64,000 nucleotides of DNA, taken from the NCBI GenBank assembly GCA_963720505.1, contig CAVRFT010000002.1, positions 205,478 through 269,477 on the forward strand. Reading direction: 5' to 3'. Below the pieces are notes generated by a model. It ran no database searches. It worked only from the letters and a program-made list of their open reading frames with translations, and was not told the origin of the DNA. This stretch comes from an uncultured Chloroflexia bacterium (GTDB taxonomy: Bacteria > Chloroflexota > Limnocylindria > QHBO01). Each line of letters begins with the position of its first letter. Within the stretch, counting starts at the first letter, position 1. This document shows positions 39,012 to 50,369 of the stretch, in pieces. The translations under genes were made by a program, and so were the position numbers.

Positions 39012-40187
39012 CAGGCCGATGCGACCTCGGCGCGCTCCGCCAGCCCGCCGCGCATCCGACCGAGCACGGACGCCCATCACGTCGATCGGTGCGACGCACG
39101 TCGTCCTCGGTCGTGCTCATTCCCGGCGTCAGCCGCAGCGACCCGTGGGCCTGCTCCGGCTCGAGACCCATGGCCAGCAGCACGTGGCTCGGCTCGGTCG
39201 ACCCGGTGGTGCAGGCGCTGCCGGTCGAGGCGGCGATGCCCTCCAGGTCCAGCGCCGCCACCAGATCTCCACCTTCGACCCCCTCGACCAGGAAGCTCGC
39301 GCTGTTGGGCAGCCGATCGGGGGGTGGCCGGTCAGGGTCACGCCCGGCAGGGCGGTGAGCCCGGCGATCAGCCCGTCGCGCAGCCGCGACAGGCGCGTGT
39401 TCTCCGCCTCGCGGGCAACGAGGTCGTCCTGCGCCAGCTCCAGCGCCTTGGCGAAGCCCACGATCCCCGCCACGTTCTCCGTGCCGGCCCGCCGCTGGCG
39501 CTCCTGCGATCCGCCGGACAGCTGGGTCAGCAGCGCCGTGCCCTGCCGCACGAAGAGGGCGCCCACGCCCTTCGGACCGTAGAGCTTGTGCGCGCCAAGG
39601 CTCAGCAGGTCGACCTGCAGGGTGTCCACGTCCAGCGGCAGGAAGCCCGCCGCCTGCACCGCGTCGACGTGGAAGAGGACCTTCCGCTGCCGGCAGATCG
39701 CACCGATCTCCCGGATCGGCTGGATGGTTCCCACCTCGTTGTTGGCGTACATCACGCTGACCACGGTCGTGTGATCGCGGATGGCCGATGCCACGTCGGC
39801 CGGGTCCACCCGGCCGTATCGGTCCACCGGCAGGTACGTGACCTCGAAGCCGAACCGCTCCAGCACGGCGCACGAGTGCATGACCGCCTTGTGCTCGACG
39901 CTGCTGGTCACCACGCGACGCCCATCGGCGCTCGCCGCCCAGGCAGCGCCCTTGACCGCCAGGTTGTCCGCCTCGGTTCCGCCGGAGGTGAACACGATCT
40001 CGCGTGGCTTGGCGCCCAGGATGCGCGCCACCGTCTCGCGCGCCTCGTCCAGGCCGAGGCGTGCCCGACGCCCGGCGCCGTGGATGCTCGACGGGTTGCC
40101 GAAATGCTCGGTGAGGTACGGCTGCATGGCGTCGAGCACCTCCGGCCGCAGCGGCGTGGTGGCGGCGTGGTCGAGGTAGACGCTCAT
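39011..40187 (-). CDS. iscS: cysteine desulfurase, IscS/NifS class (at least 2 frame breaks)
   Basis: The N-terminus is [17 protein letters not shown]. The PLP-Lys region is [17 protein letters not shown]. The active-site loop [18 protein letters not shown] is in ORF 38920..40626. A third frame gives the end ..[18 protein letters not shown] with a TGATG overlap onto the mnmA start. Confidence 0.85.
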
Positions 40188-40275
40188 GGGAGCCGATTAT
40201 GCCGCAGCCGGCCGGGCTACCCTTCCGCGGCAGGGATGACGACCGCGTGAATTGGTGGACCGATGGAGGAGCCGC

Positions 40276-40665
40276 ATGATCATTCGCACCCTTGACGAGG
40301 TGGTCGGTACCGAGCGCGACGTGGCCGGCGAGGGCTGGCGCAGCCGCCGCCTCCTGCTGAAGCGCGACGCCATGGGCTTCTCGCTGCACGACACGGTGGT
40401 CGAGGCGGGCTGGGAGAAGGAGATGGAGTACGCCAACCATCTCGAGGCCTGCTACTGCATCGAGGGCGAAGGCGAGGTCGAAGACCTCTCCACCGGGGAG
40501 CGCCACGCGATCGTGCCCGGCACGATGTACGCGCTGGACGCCCACGATCGCCATGTGATGCGCGTGAAGTCGGACCTGCGGCTGGTCTGCGTCTTCAACC
40601 CGGCCCTCGCCGGCGGCGAGGTGCACGACGAATCCGGAGCGTTCCCGCCTGACAGCGAGGACTAG
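40276..40665 (+). CDS. ectC: L-ectoine synthase-type cupin (solitary EctC)
   Basis: A 129-aa reading from ATG 40276 with GGAGGA 5 nt upstream. MIIRTLDEVVGTERDV.., ..MEYANHLEACYCIEGEGEVEDL.. and ..VCVFNPALAGGEVHDESG align by eye with EctC signatures (Y..H.EA.YCIEGEGEVE; G.EVH). No ectA/ectB/ectD is present in the window. Confidence 0.85.
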   Translation: MIIRTLDEVVGTERDVAGEGWRSRRLLLKRDAMGFSLHDTVVEAGWEKEMEYANHLEACYCIEGEGEVEDLSTGERHAIVPGTMYALDAHDRHVMRVKSDLRLVCVFNPALAGGEVHDESGAFPPDSED

Positions 40666-42447
40666 TCGCGCTTGACGATCCGAAGCCCCAGCTCGTCCAG
40701 CTGCGCATCGGCGATCGGCGAGGGAGCATCGAGCATCAGGTCCGTCCCGGACTGGGTCTTGGGGAAGGCCATCACCTCGCGGATGTTGTCAACCTCCGCG
40801 AAGAGGGCCGCCCATCGGTCCAGGCCGATGGCGATCCCGCCGTGCGGCGGCGCCCCGTACTCCAGCGCGTCGAGCAGGGCCCCGAACTGGTCGCGGGCGC
40901 TTTCCATCGAGTGGCCCATCAGCGCGAAGGCGCGCTCCAGCAGGTCGCGGCGATGGATGCGGATGGAGCCGCCGCCCGACTCCCAGCCGTTGAGGACCAG
41001 GTCGTACTGCTGGGCGCGGATCGAGCCGGGATCCGCCTCCAGTCGATCCTCCTCTTCCCAGACCGGCGCGCTGAACGGGTTGTGGGTGGCGTCCCAGCGC
41101 TTCCCCTCTTCGTCCCATTTGAACATCGGGAAGTGACGGATCCAGGCATAGGCCAGCACACCGGGGGTCCGCAGCCCCAGCCGCTCCCCCATCTCCAGGC
41201 GGACGTGGCCCAGGGCTTCGGCGCCTCGGATCGGATCGGCATCGGCGACGATCAGGATCAGGTCGCCGGCTGCTGCGCCCGAGCGCCGTGCGGATGGCGC
41301 CGGCTGATTCGCCGAGGAACTTGGCGGCCGGGCCGGTCAGCGAACCATCGTCCTCGACCGCGAGATGCACGAGCCCGCCGGCGCCATGCCGCCGCGCGAG
41401 GTCGGTCAGCTCGTCCAGCTCCCGGCGCGACATCCCGCCGCAGCCGGGCGCCACGATGCCGCGCACGCGGCCGCCGGCGGCGATCGGCTCGGCGAACACG
41501 CGGAAGTCGACGCCGCGGACGGCATCGGTCAGGTCGACCAGCTCCATGCCGAAGCGCAGGTCGGGCTTGTCCGATCCGTATCGGTCCATGGCGTCGGGGT
41601 ACTCGAGGCGCGGGAAGGGCTCCTGCAGGAGCGGGTGCTCCGGAAGGACCTCCCTGGCCACCCGGGTGACCATGCGCTCGATGGTGTCGAGCACGTCCTC
41701 CTCGGAGACGAAGCTCATCTCGATGTCGACCTGCGTGTGCTCCGGCTGCCGATCGCCGCGCAGATCCTCGTCACGGAAGGCGCGGGCCAGCTGGTAGTAG
41801 CGGTCGTAGCCCGCGACCATCAGCAGCTGCTTCAGCACCTGCGGGCTCTGGGGCAGCGCGTAGAACTCGCCGGCGCGCAGCCGCGACGGCACCACGAAGT
41901 CGCGGGCGCCCTCGGGCGTGGAGCGGATCAGGTTCGGCGTCTCGATCTCGACGAAGCCATCGTCTTCCAGCGCGCGGCGAATCGCGCCGGCCAGGCGTGA
42001 GCGCATCAGCATCCGCGACTGTACCGAGGGCCGCCGCAGGTCCAGGTAGCGGTACTGCAGGCGCAGCGACTCGTCGAGGCCGGGCTGCTCCTCGTTGATA
42101 TAGAACGGCGGCACCTTGCTGGGGTTGAGGACGGCGAACCGATCCACCGCCACCTCGATCGCCCCGGTCGCCAGCTCCGCGTTGGCGGTGCCCTCCGGCC
42201 GCTCCCGCACGACGCCCTCGACCTGCACCACCCACTCGCTGCGCGCCGGCTCGGCGGCGGCATGGGCTTCCGGCGCGTCGTCCTGGTTGGTCACCACCTG
42301 GGTCAGGCCGTAGCGGTCGCGCAGGTCGAAGAAGGCGAGGTGGCCGTGGTCGCGCCGCCGATGGACCCAGCCGGACAGCGTCACCCGCTGCCCGACATGC
42401 TCGGGGCGCAGCTCGCCGCAGGTGTGGCTCCGGAATGCCTGTGCCAT
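40662..42447 (-). CDS. aspS: aspartate--tRNA ligase (one frame break ~41283)
   Basis: It has an OB N-domain ([24 protein letters not shown]), motif 2 ([18 protein letters not shown]), an insertion domain, GGGSIRIH and motif 3 (GGIAIGLDR). The C-terminal third is in ORF 40662..41192. Confidence 0.92.
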
Positions 42448-42505
42448 GGGACGCTGAATGGTAGCGAGTCAGCTGGCGGGCGCGAGCCGCGTGCGCCGAG
42501 CGGGT

Positions 42506-43783
42506 TCAGCCCTCGCTGACGATCCGGGGCACCTCGTCCAAGCGGCGCGTTCCCGCTGCTCTCCGGATCTCGAGGTCACGAAGCACGACCCTTCCGCGGT
42601 CCAGCTCTTCGCCCACGATCACCGCCCAGCGGGCGCCGACCTTGGCGGCTGCCTCCAGCTGTCGCCCGAGCTTGCGCTCGCTGCCATCGGGCCGCACGCG
42701 CAGCCCGGCCTCGCGCAGCTGGCCGGCCACCTGGAGCCGCGGCTCCAGGGCTGACGGGATCCGCAGATACCACCGCGACCAGCGCCCGGCCCGGCGCAGA
42801 CCTCCACGCCCATCTCCTGCGCCGCCAGCACGGCCCGGTCGATGCCCAGCCCGAAGCCGATCCCCGGCGTCGGACGCCCGCCCAGCAGCTCCGCCAGCCC
42901 GTCATAGCGGCCGCCACCGGCCAGCGCCTGCTGCTGCCCGCGGCGATCGGCCACGAAGAACTCGAACGTGGTGCGCGTGTAGTAGTCCAGGCCACGGACG
43001 ATGGTCGGGTCGACCTCGTAGCGCAGGCCGAGCCCGTCGAGCAGTCGCAGGACGGCGTTGAAGTGGTCGCGGCACGCGTCGCACAGGTGGTCGACGCTGC
43101 GCGGCGCGCCGGCAGCCAGCTCGGGATCGAGCTGCCGGTCGTCCAGGACCCGCAGCGGGTTGACCTGCAGCCGCCGCCGGGAGTCATCGGACAGGCGGTC
43201 TTCGTGCTTGCCGAAGTAGTCGATCAACGCCTGCCGATAGCCAGGGCGGCAGGTCGCGTCGCCGATGGAGTTCAGGTACGCGACCGCATCCTTGATGCCT
43301 GCCTCGGCGTAGAACCGATGCGCCAGCTCGATCAGCTCGGCGTCGACCATCGGTCCGGGATCGCCCAGCACCTCGACGTCCCACTGCGTGAATTGCCGGT
43401 AGCGGCCGGCCTGCGGGCGGTCGTAGCGGAACATCGGCCCCAGCATCCAGAGACGCAGCGGGCCCAGGGCGCACGTGCATGCCGTGCTCGATGTAGGCGC
43501 GCACGATGCCGGCGGTCGGCTCCGGCCGCAGCGCCCAGTCGGCGCGCGCCTCATCCGACCCGGCGGCACCGGAGACGCGGAACATCTCCTTCTCGACCGC
43601 GTCGGACGACTCGCCCAGGCCACGGGCGAACAGCTCCACGCGCTCGAAGAGCGGGATGTCGATCCGGTCGAAGGCATAGCGGTCGCTCAGGTCGCGGGCG
43701 ATGCCCTCGATCCGGTTCCAGGCATCGCCTTCTTCGGGGAGCAGGTCCCGCGTGCCGCGGGGAGCGGTGATCTTGCCGGCCAT
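42506..43783 (-). CDS. hisS: histidine--tRNA ligase (three frame breaks ~43470, ~42790, ~42745)
   Basis: APRGTRDLLPEE is in ORF 43184..43783. MFRYDRPQAGRYRQF, RGLDYYT and GGGRYDGL are in ORF 42619..43677. The anticodon-binding end ..QLREAGLRV..AVIVGEEELDRG.. is in ORF 42506..42730. Confidence 0.9.
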
Positions 43784-43810
43784 CGGCTGAGTGTACCGAC
43801 GGCGATCGGG

Positions 43811-46031
43811 CTAGCGCGCCTCTCGGGTGACGGTGGTGACGTCGCGGATCCGCTCGATCTTGGTCAGGACCCGCGACAGCTGCTCGAGCGACGTGACCTT
43901 GAGCGTGGCGCTGATGGTGGCCGTGCCGTCCGGATGCGTGCCGATCGACGCCGCCACGATGTTCACCTTGGCCTCGGCCACCACGTTCGTGATCTCGTTC
44001 AGCAGGCCGGCCCGGTCCAGCGCCTCGATCCGCACGGTGATCGGGTAGGTCTGCTGGTCGACCGACTCCCAGTCCACGTCGATCAGCCGCTCGATGTCCC
44101 GCTCGGACAGCACGGACGGGCAGTTGGCGCGGTGAATGGTCACGCCCTTGCCACGGGTCACGTAGCCGGTGATGCGCGTCGCCGGGGATCGGCGAGCAGC
44201 AGTTCGCGAAGCGCACCAGCAGGTCGCCCACGCCCTTGACCCGCACGCCGGTGGTGGACGGGCACCACGGACGGCGGCGCCACCTCGGGCAGGGTGATCG
44301 CCGCGTCGTCGTGGACCTCCAGCTTGGAGACAACGTTCCCGGGCGAGACCGCGCCATAGCCGATGGCGGCGAAGAAGTCGTCCAGCTCCTTGTAATGCGC
44401 CTGCTGCGCGATCTCGGTCAGCTTCTCGGACGTGACCGATCCCAGCGTCTCGTGCGCCACGCGCCGCAGCTCACGGTCCAGCAGGTCCTTGCCCTGGGTG
44501 ATGTTCTCGTCGCGCTGCTGGCGCTTGAACCATTGGCGGATCTTCTCGCGCGCGGCGCTGGTCTGGACGATGTTCAGCCAGTCGCGCGACGGCCCGTGCG
44601 CGGCCTTGGTGGTGATGATCTCGACGATGTCGCCGTTGCGCAGGCGGTAGTCGAGCGGCACCAGCCGGTTGTTGACCTTGGCGCCGATGGTCCGATGCCC
44701 GACGTCGGTGTGGATGCGGTAGGCGAAGTCCAGCGGCGTGGCGCCGGCCGGCAGGTCCTTGACATCGCCCTTCGGCGTGAAGACGAAGACCTGGTCCTGG
44801 AAGACCTCCAGCTTGAGGCCCTCCACGAACTCGGTGGCATCGGCCACTTCGCGCTGCCAGTCCATCAGCTGCCGGACCCAGGCCAGCTTCTCGTCGTAGC
44901 GCCGATCGCCGCGCGAGCCTTCCTTGTAGCGCCAGTGCGCCGCGATCCCGGCCTCGGCCACGTCGTGCATGTGGCCGGTGCGGATCTGGACCTCCAGCGG
45001 CTTGGCATCGGGCCCGATGACGGCGGTGTGCAGCGACTGGTACATGTTCGCCTTGGGCATGGCGATGTAGTCGTCGAACTGCCCGGGAATCGGCTTCCAC
45101 AGCGAATGAACGACGCCAAGGGCGGCGTAGCAGTCCTTGACGTCGTCGACGAGGAGGCGGACGGCGTTGACGTCGTAGATCTCGTCGAACTCGACGCCCT
45201 TGCGCTCCATCTTCTTGGCGATGGAATAGAGGTGCTTCGGCCGCCCGGAGATATCGGCCTTGATGTCGACCTTGGCGAGCTCCTTGCGCAGGATGCCGGA
45301 TCGACTTGTTGATGAAGCTCTCGCGGACCTTGCGGCGGTCGGCCAGCATCTCGACCAGCTGGCGGTAGCGCTCCGGCTCGATGTACTTGAACGAGAGGTC
45401 CTCGAGCTCCCACTTGATCTGCCACATCCCCAGCCGGTGGGCCAGCGGGGCGTAGATCTCCATCGTCTGGCGCGCGATGCGGGCCTGCTTCTCCGCCGGC
45501 AGGAAGCCGAGGGTGCGCATGTTGTGGAGCCGATCGGCGAGCTTGATGATGACCACCCGCACGTCCTCGGCCATGGCCATGAACATCTTCCGGATGTTCT
45601 CGGCCTGCTGCTCCTCCATGGTCCGCGCGGACCCGAACTTGGAGAGCTTGGTGACCCCGTCGACCAGGCGGCCGACCTCGCGCCCGAAGCGCTTCTCGAT
45701 CTCCTGGATCGTCATGTCGGTGTCTTCGGGAACGTCGTGGAGGAGCGCCGCGGCCAGCGTCTCCGCATCCATCTGGAGCGTGGCGAGGTAGTAGGCCACC
45801 TCCACCGGATGCTGGACGTATGGCTCGCCCGATGCCCGCAGCTGCCCTTCGTGCGACTGCTCGGCGACGGCGTAGGCACGCTCGATCAGGCCGACGTTGA
45901 TGCTCGGCCGATGCTGCCGCGCTTCGGCGACAACATCCTCGATCGAATGGGACGGCTCTGCCCGGGGCCTGCGTGCGCGCGATGCGCTGCACTACTGCGG
46001 CCGGAGCCGCCCGCAGGCGGGCTAGATCCAC
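43811..46031 (-). CDS. relA: bifunctional (p)ppGpp synthetase/hydrolase RelA/SpoT homologue (at least 4 frame breaks)
   Basis: The HD hydrolase (GEPYVQHPVEVA..LLHDVPEDT..RLHNMR) is in ORF 44471..45805. The synthetase (..YIAMPKANMYQSLHTAV..) and TGS (VFVFTPKGDVKDLPAGATPLDFAY) are in ORF 44158..45210. The ACT C-terminus is in ORF 43811..44161. The start is at GTG 46031, with an early shift near 45965. Confidence 0.9.
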
Positions 46032-47182
46032 CTGATCATGGTATCAGCAAGCACGCGTGAGCCTGACCGATGGAGTTGTGGGCGAGGCGGCAGGACCTGA
46101 CGTCGGCTAGCGCGCGCACGGCCAGCGGAGATGCCGCCGTCGTGACCGACTGGACCGAAGCGGCGAGTGGTGTACCAGAAGCGGTTGGTGACCAGGTCGT
46201 AGAGGCCCGGGTGGCGCAGCGGCTCGCCGCCGAAGGTGCGCTTGAAGTCGCTGAAGCCCTTCCAGGCCGGATTGGCGCCCTCGTCGTCCGGCTCGACCAC
46301 GCCCCACATGTCGACGGTCTTGACGCCATCGGCGGCGAGGGTGCGCAGCATCTCGGCCATCACGGCATGCGACCCGTAGTTGTGCTTGTACTGCTCGTCG
46401 CGGCGCAGGGCGCCGTAGAGGTAGTAGGCGCGGTCGGCGACGCGCGGGAAGGCCATCGCGGCGATCGGCGTGCCATCGACGCGGGCGATCCCCAGGTACC
46501 AGCCGCCGGAGGCTGCGAACTCGGTGGCGAGGCGCATCAGGAACTCGGGCGATCGCACCCGGAAGTCGGCGTGCTCGGCGACATCGGCCAGGAGGTCATG
46601 CAGGACCGATACCTCCGCCTCGTCCGGTTCGCGCGAGATCGTGACCTCCGTCCCCTCGCGGGCGGCGCGCTTCGATAGGCGCCGCGCGTCCGCGTGCCAT
46701 GAGGCCTCCAGCTCCTCACCACCGTCCAGCAGGTCGACGATGCGGGTGGTCGGCGCCTGCAGGTCCTGGGCGGGCTGCAGGTCGTGCTCGGCGGCCAGGT
46801 GACTGAAGTCGAAGTCCTGCCCCGGCTCGTTGCGCGGATCCATCTTGACCACCAGCGCCTTCTCCTTCAGCGCCAGCGAGCGGAGGCCCTGGGCCAGCCA
46901 GGCGAAGATGCGGTCGGCGTTGGGGGCCGATCGGTCCCAGACGGGGCCGTGCGGCACGTAGGCGATCTGGCGGCCGAAGGCGCCACGACGGATCAGGGTC
47001 TGCGCGACACCCTGGATCTGCCCGCCGTCCTCCACCAGGATCCGATACGGCGGCTCGCCGGCCATGGCGGTGCACTCGCCCCAGGCCCACGCCTGGAGGA
47101 GATCCGCCTCCGGACGTGAGGCGATGAACGCGTCCCAGCGGGGACGATCCGTGTCGTCGGCGCGGCGGGCGATGGGTGGCAC
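46022..47182 (-). CDS. FemAB-family peptidoglycan bridge-forming aminoacyltransferase, paralogue 1
   Basis: A 386-aa single ORF with LQAWAWGE, QIAYVPHGPVWD, ..YLYGALRR.. and FKRTFGGEP motifs typical of FemX/FemAB. The last ~40 aa (Arg-rich, overlapping the relA start) may be an out-of-frame tail. Confidence 0.75.
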   Translation of the reverse strand: MPPIARRADDTDRPRWDAFIASRPEADLLQAWAWGECTAMAGEPPYRILVEDGGQIQGVAQTLIRRGAFGRQIAYVPHGPVWDRSAPNADRIFAWLAQGLRSLALKEKALVVKMDPRNEPGQDFDFSHLAAEHDLQPAQDLQAPTTRIVDLLDGGEELEASWHADARRLSKRAAREGTEVTISREPDEAEVSVLHDLLADVAEHADFRVRSPEFLMRLATEFAASGGWYLGIARVDGTPIAAMAFPRVADRAYYLYGALRRDEQYKHNYGSHAVMAEMLRTLAADGVKTVDMWGVVEPDDEGANPAWKGFSDFKRTFGGEPLRHPGLYDLVTNRFWYTTRRFGPVGHDGGISAGRARASRRQVLPPRPQLHRSGSRVLADTMIRWI

Positions 47183-47208
47183 GCGCGCAGCCTAGCGGGA
47201 CGCGATGA

Positions 47209-47747
47209 TCAGAGGCGCCAGCGGGTCGCGCCGTGCGGCTCGCCCGTGGAAAGGCCGTAGATCGTCTTCGGCGGGACCTCGTAGACATCCCATGGGGGTG
47301 GGCCGGCGCTCGGGGCGCTGAACTCGTGCCAGAAGGCGCCGTCACGGACCTCGGGACCCCAGTCCTTGAAGAGCTCGGCGATCTGCCGCAGCTCGGCATC
47401 GTCCCGGACGATCCGCGCCTCCCCCTCGGCCACGACGTCGGTCCCGGCGCCGCCACGGTGATCACGCAATGCGGATCGCGAGCCAGGTTCTTCGACTTCT
47501 GCGTTCCCGCGCCGGACGTGAAGTAGAACTTGCCGTCGCTCCAGACGATGCCCACCGGCATCACGTGCGGCCGTCCATCGGGACCGGTCGTGGCGAGCCA
47601 GAAGCGACCGGCAGCGTCGAGCGCATCGAGCTCGCTCGTCTTGTCCAGGCTGTCGGTGACACGCTTCCATTCGAGCGGCGCGAAACCGTAGCCGTCCAGG
47701 TTCTTCTCGTCAGCGGGATGGGTAGCGATCATTCGAGGATGCTCCAA
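47209..47747 (-). CDS. pyridoxamine 5'-phosphate oxidase-family (split beta-barrel) protein (one frame break ~47455)
   Basis: RFWLATTGPDGRPHVMPVGIVWSDGKFYFTSGAGTQKSKNLARDPHCVITV is in ORF 46716..47747. The continuation ..VAEGEARIVRDDAELRQIAELF.. is in ORF 47209..47670. Confidence 0.65.
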
Positions 47748-47798
47748 TGCGGATGCTTTCTGATTGAGACCGGCTGAGACGCCGGACTCATCGGTCTA

Positions 47799-48883
47799 TC
47801 AGTCGTCCGAGCCAGCAAGGCGCCTGCCGGACAGGCGCAGCCGGGCGCGCTGGGCGATCCCGTACGCAGGCAGCGCCACGCGCAGCGCCATGTCCTCGGC
47901 CGGCTTGATGGGCAGGTCGCGGGCGCCGACGTAGTCGACCTGCTGCCCGCCAAAGCCCTCCTTGAACTGCGCGATGCCGCCCGTGGCCAGGCCCCACAGG
48001 TCGTAGGTGGCGAAGCCATCGCGCTTGAAGCCGGCGATGGCCTCCCACTTCAGCAGGTAGTTGGCGCGCGAGTCCGCGCCGGCGTCCGTCATGCCGCCGA
48101 ACGCCTCCGCCGCCCGATCGCCCACGGTGAAGTGGAAGAGCGTCGCCAGCCGCTCGCCGTCGCGCGTGGCGAAGGAGAGCCGGACGTGGCCGGCCGGCGC
48201 GAACAGGTCCCACACCCGTTGGTAGTAGGCGCGGGAACGAGCCACGAAGCCGGCACGCTCGGCGGTATGCGTGTAGATCGCGTAGAAGTCGTCCAGCCAC
48301 TGGTCGGCGATGGGTCGGAAGGCGCCGCCGTCCATCCGCTCGACGGTGATCCCCTCGCGTTCGGCCTTGGCCACGTACTGGCGGTGCTTGCGCTTCATGG
48401 CGCCGCGCAGCGCCTCTTCGTCCTGGCGCCAGGTCGATCAGCCGCGTGTGCGGCGGCTGGACCCGGGTCGCTCCCCGCCAGGGCGGCTCCAGCAATGCCT
48501 GGCCGAACGGTCCATCCGGCGTGGCCTCGGGGTCCACCTTGATGGTGGCGATCTCCTCATCCCGGGCCAGCGCGCGCAGGGCCGATGTCATCGCCTCGCG
48601 CACCTCCGCGTCATCCAGGTCGCCCACCGGTCCGCGCGGGGCATAGCCGAGTCGCCACTTGACCAGCGGGACGTCGCGGATCAGGACCTGCGCGGCGGCC
48701 AGCGGTGGTTGGGCAGGGTCGGGACCGATGGCCACGCGCACCGGCCGCCAGCCGAACGGCTCGCGCAGCTCGCCCCACTCCCACAGCTGCGGGAAGCTGC
48801 GGTAGCGGCGCGGACTCGACGAAGGCGTTCCAGTCGTCGCGGTGGGTGACCCGCCAGGCGCGGAGCTCAGGCATCGGCTCCAC
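47799..48883 (-). CDS. FemAB-family aminoacyltransferase, paralogue 2 (at least 2 frame breaks)
   Basis: The N-terminus MPELRAWRVTHRDDWNAFVE.. is in ORF 48611..48883. ..FPQLWEWGE..LGYAPRGPVGD.. is in ORF 47788..49572. The C-terminal half (MKRKHRQYVAKAEREGITVE..FKEGFGGQ..) is in ORF 47799..48398. Confidence 0.75.
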
Positions 48884-50369
48884 CGTAGCCCGCGTCGCGC
48901 AGGGCCTGTCGCGCGACCTCCTTCTCGTCCCACCAGCGCCCCTCGGTGCCGTAGATGATCGTCTTCTCGTGGCCCTTGCCGGCCAGCAGGATCACGTCGC
49001 CGGCCCGCGCCAGGCCGATCGCGTGAGCCGATCGCCGTCGGGCGGTCGTCGATGACGAACAGCGTCTCGCCCTCGCGGGCGCCGGCCTCGCGGGCGCCGT
49101 CGGCGATGGCCTCGTTGATGAGGCGCGGTCCTCCAGGCGCGGGTCCTCGTCGGTGACGATGGTGACGTCGGCCAGCTCGGCACTGGCACGGCCCATGGCC
49201 GGTCGCTTGGTCGGGATCCCGCTCACCGGCGGAGCCGAAGACGGCGATCACCCGTCCGCTGGCCAGCGGGCGCAGGACGCGCAGCACCTTGCCCAGCGAG
49301 TCGGCCGTGTGCGCGTAATCGACCACCAGCCCGAACGGCTGGCCCAGGTCCACCGTCTCCATCCGTCCCGGCACACCGGGCACGTCGCCAAGTGCCCGCG
49401 CCGCCAGGTCGAGGTCGATCCCCTCCATCTTGGCCAGCGTCATCACGGCCAGCGCGTTGTGGACGTTGAAGCTGCCCGGCAGCTGCAGGTCCACCCGCCC
49501 GCTCCAGTCGGCGGTGGAGACCGAAAAGGACGTGCCGTTGGCACGGGCGTCCACCTCCGACGCCGAGGACATCGGCCTCGCTGTCCAGCCCGTAGGTCAC
49601 CACTTCGCCGCCGGCGACACCGCGGAAGTAGGCGGCAGAGGGGTCGTCGGCGTTCAGGATCGAGATCGGCGCCTGTCGGAAGAGCATGGCCTTCGCCGCC
49701 CGATAGTTCTCCCACGACCCGTGGAACTCCAGGTGCTCGCTGGTGAGGTTGGTCAGGATGCCGATGTCGAAGTCGACGTTGCGCGTGCGGGCCTGCACCA
49801 GGCCGTGGCTGGTCGCCTCCATCACCACGCTGTCGTTGCCGGCCGCCACCATATCGGCCAGCAGCGCCTGCAGCTCGAGTGCCTCCGGCGTGGTGTTGCG
49901 GTTCTCGTTGGCCGCTCGCTCATCGCCGATACCCACCTCCACCGTGCCGACCAGTCCGGGGCGCCAGCCGGCTGCGCGCAGCATCGCCTCGGCCAGGAAG
50001 GCGGTGGTGGTCTTGCCGTCGGTGCCGGTGATGCCGATCACGTGCAGCCGCCGCGACGGGTGGTCGTACCAGGCGTCGGCAGCATCGGCCAGGGCGTCGC
50101 GTGAGCGCGCGACGACGAGCTGGGGGATCGCCAGGCCAGCAACCTCGCCGCTCGACCACGACCGCCAGCGCTCCGTTGGCAACTGCTTCCGGTACGAAGT
50201 CATGCCCGTCGACATGGACGCCCGGGACGGCGAAGAAGAGCGTGCCCGGTTCGACCGCGCGTGAGTCGTAGGCCAGGCCGCCGACCTCGCCCACCGGCAG
50301 ACCGATCACCCGCTCCGGCCCGATCTCGTCGGTCAGCTGTCCGAGGGCCATGCTGCGCGGCCGGCTCAT
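48867..50369 (-). CDS. murE: UDP-N-acetylmuramoyl-L-alanyl-D-glutamate--diamino acid ligase MurE (at least 3 frame breaks)
   Basis: GITGTDGKTTTAFL and ..MEATSHGL.. are in ORF 49223..50215. ..FNVHNALAVM..VVDYAHT.. is in ORF 47788..49572. ..VTDEDPRLED..LLAGKGHE.. is in ORF 48867..49226. ATG 50369 forms an ATGA overlap with the upstream femX stop. The DNPR specificity motif reads EDPR (Arg retained). Confidence 0.88.
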
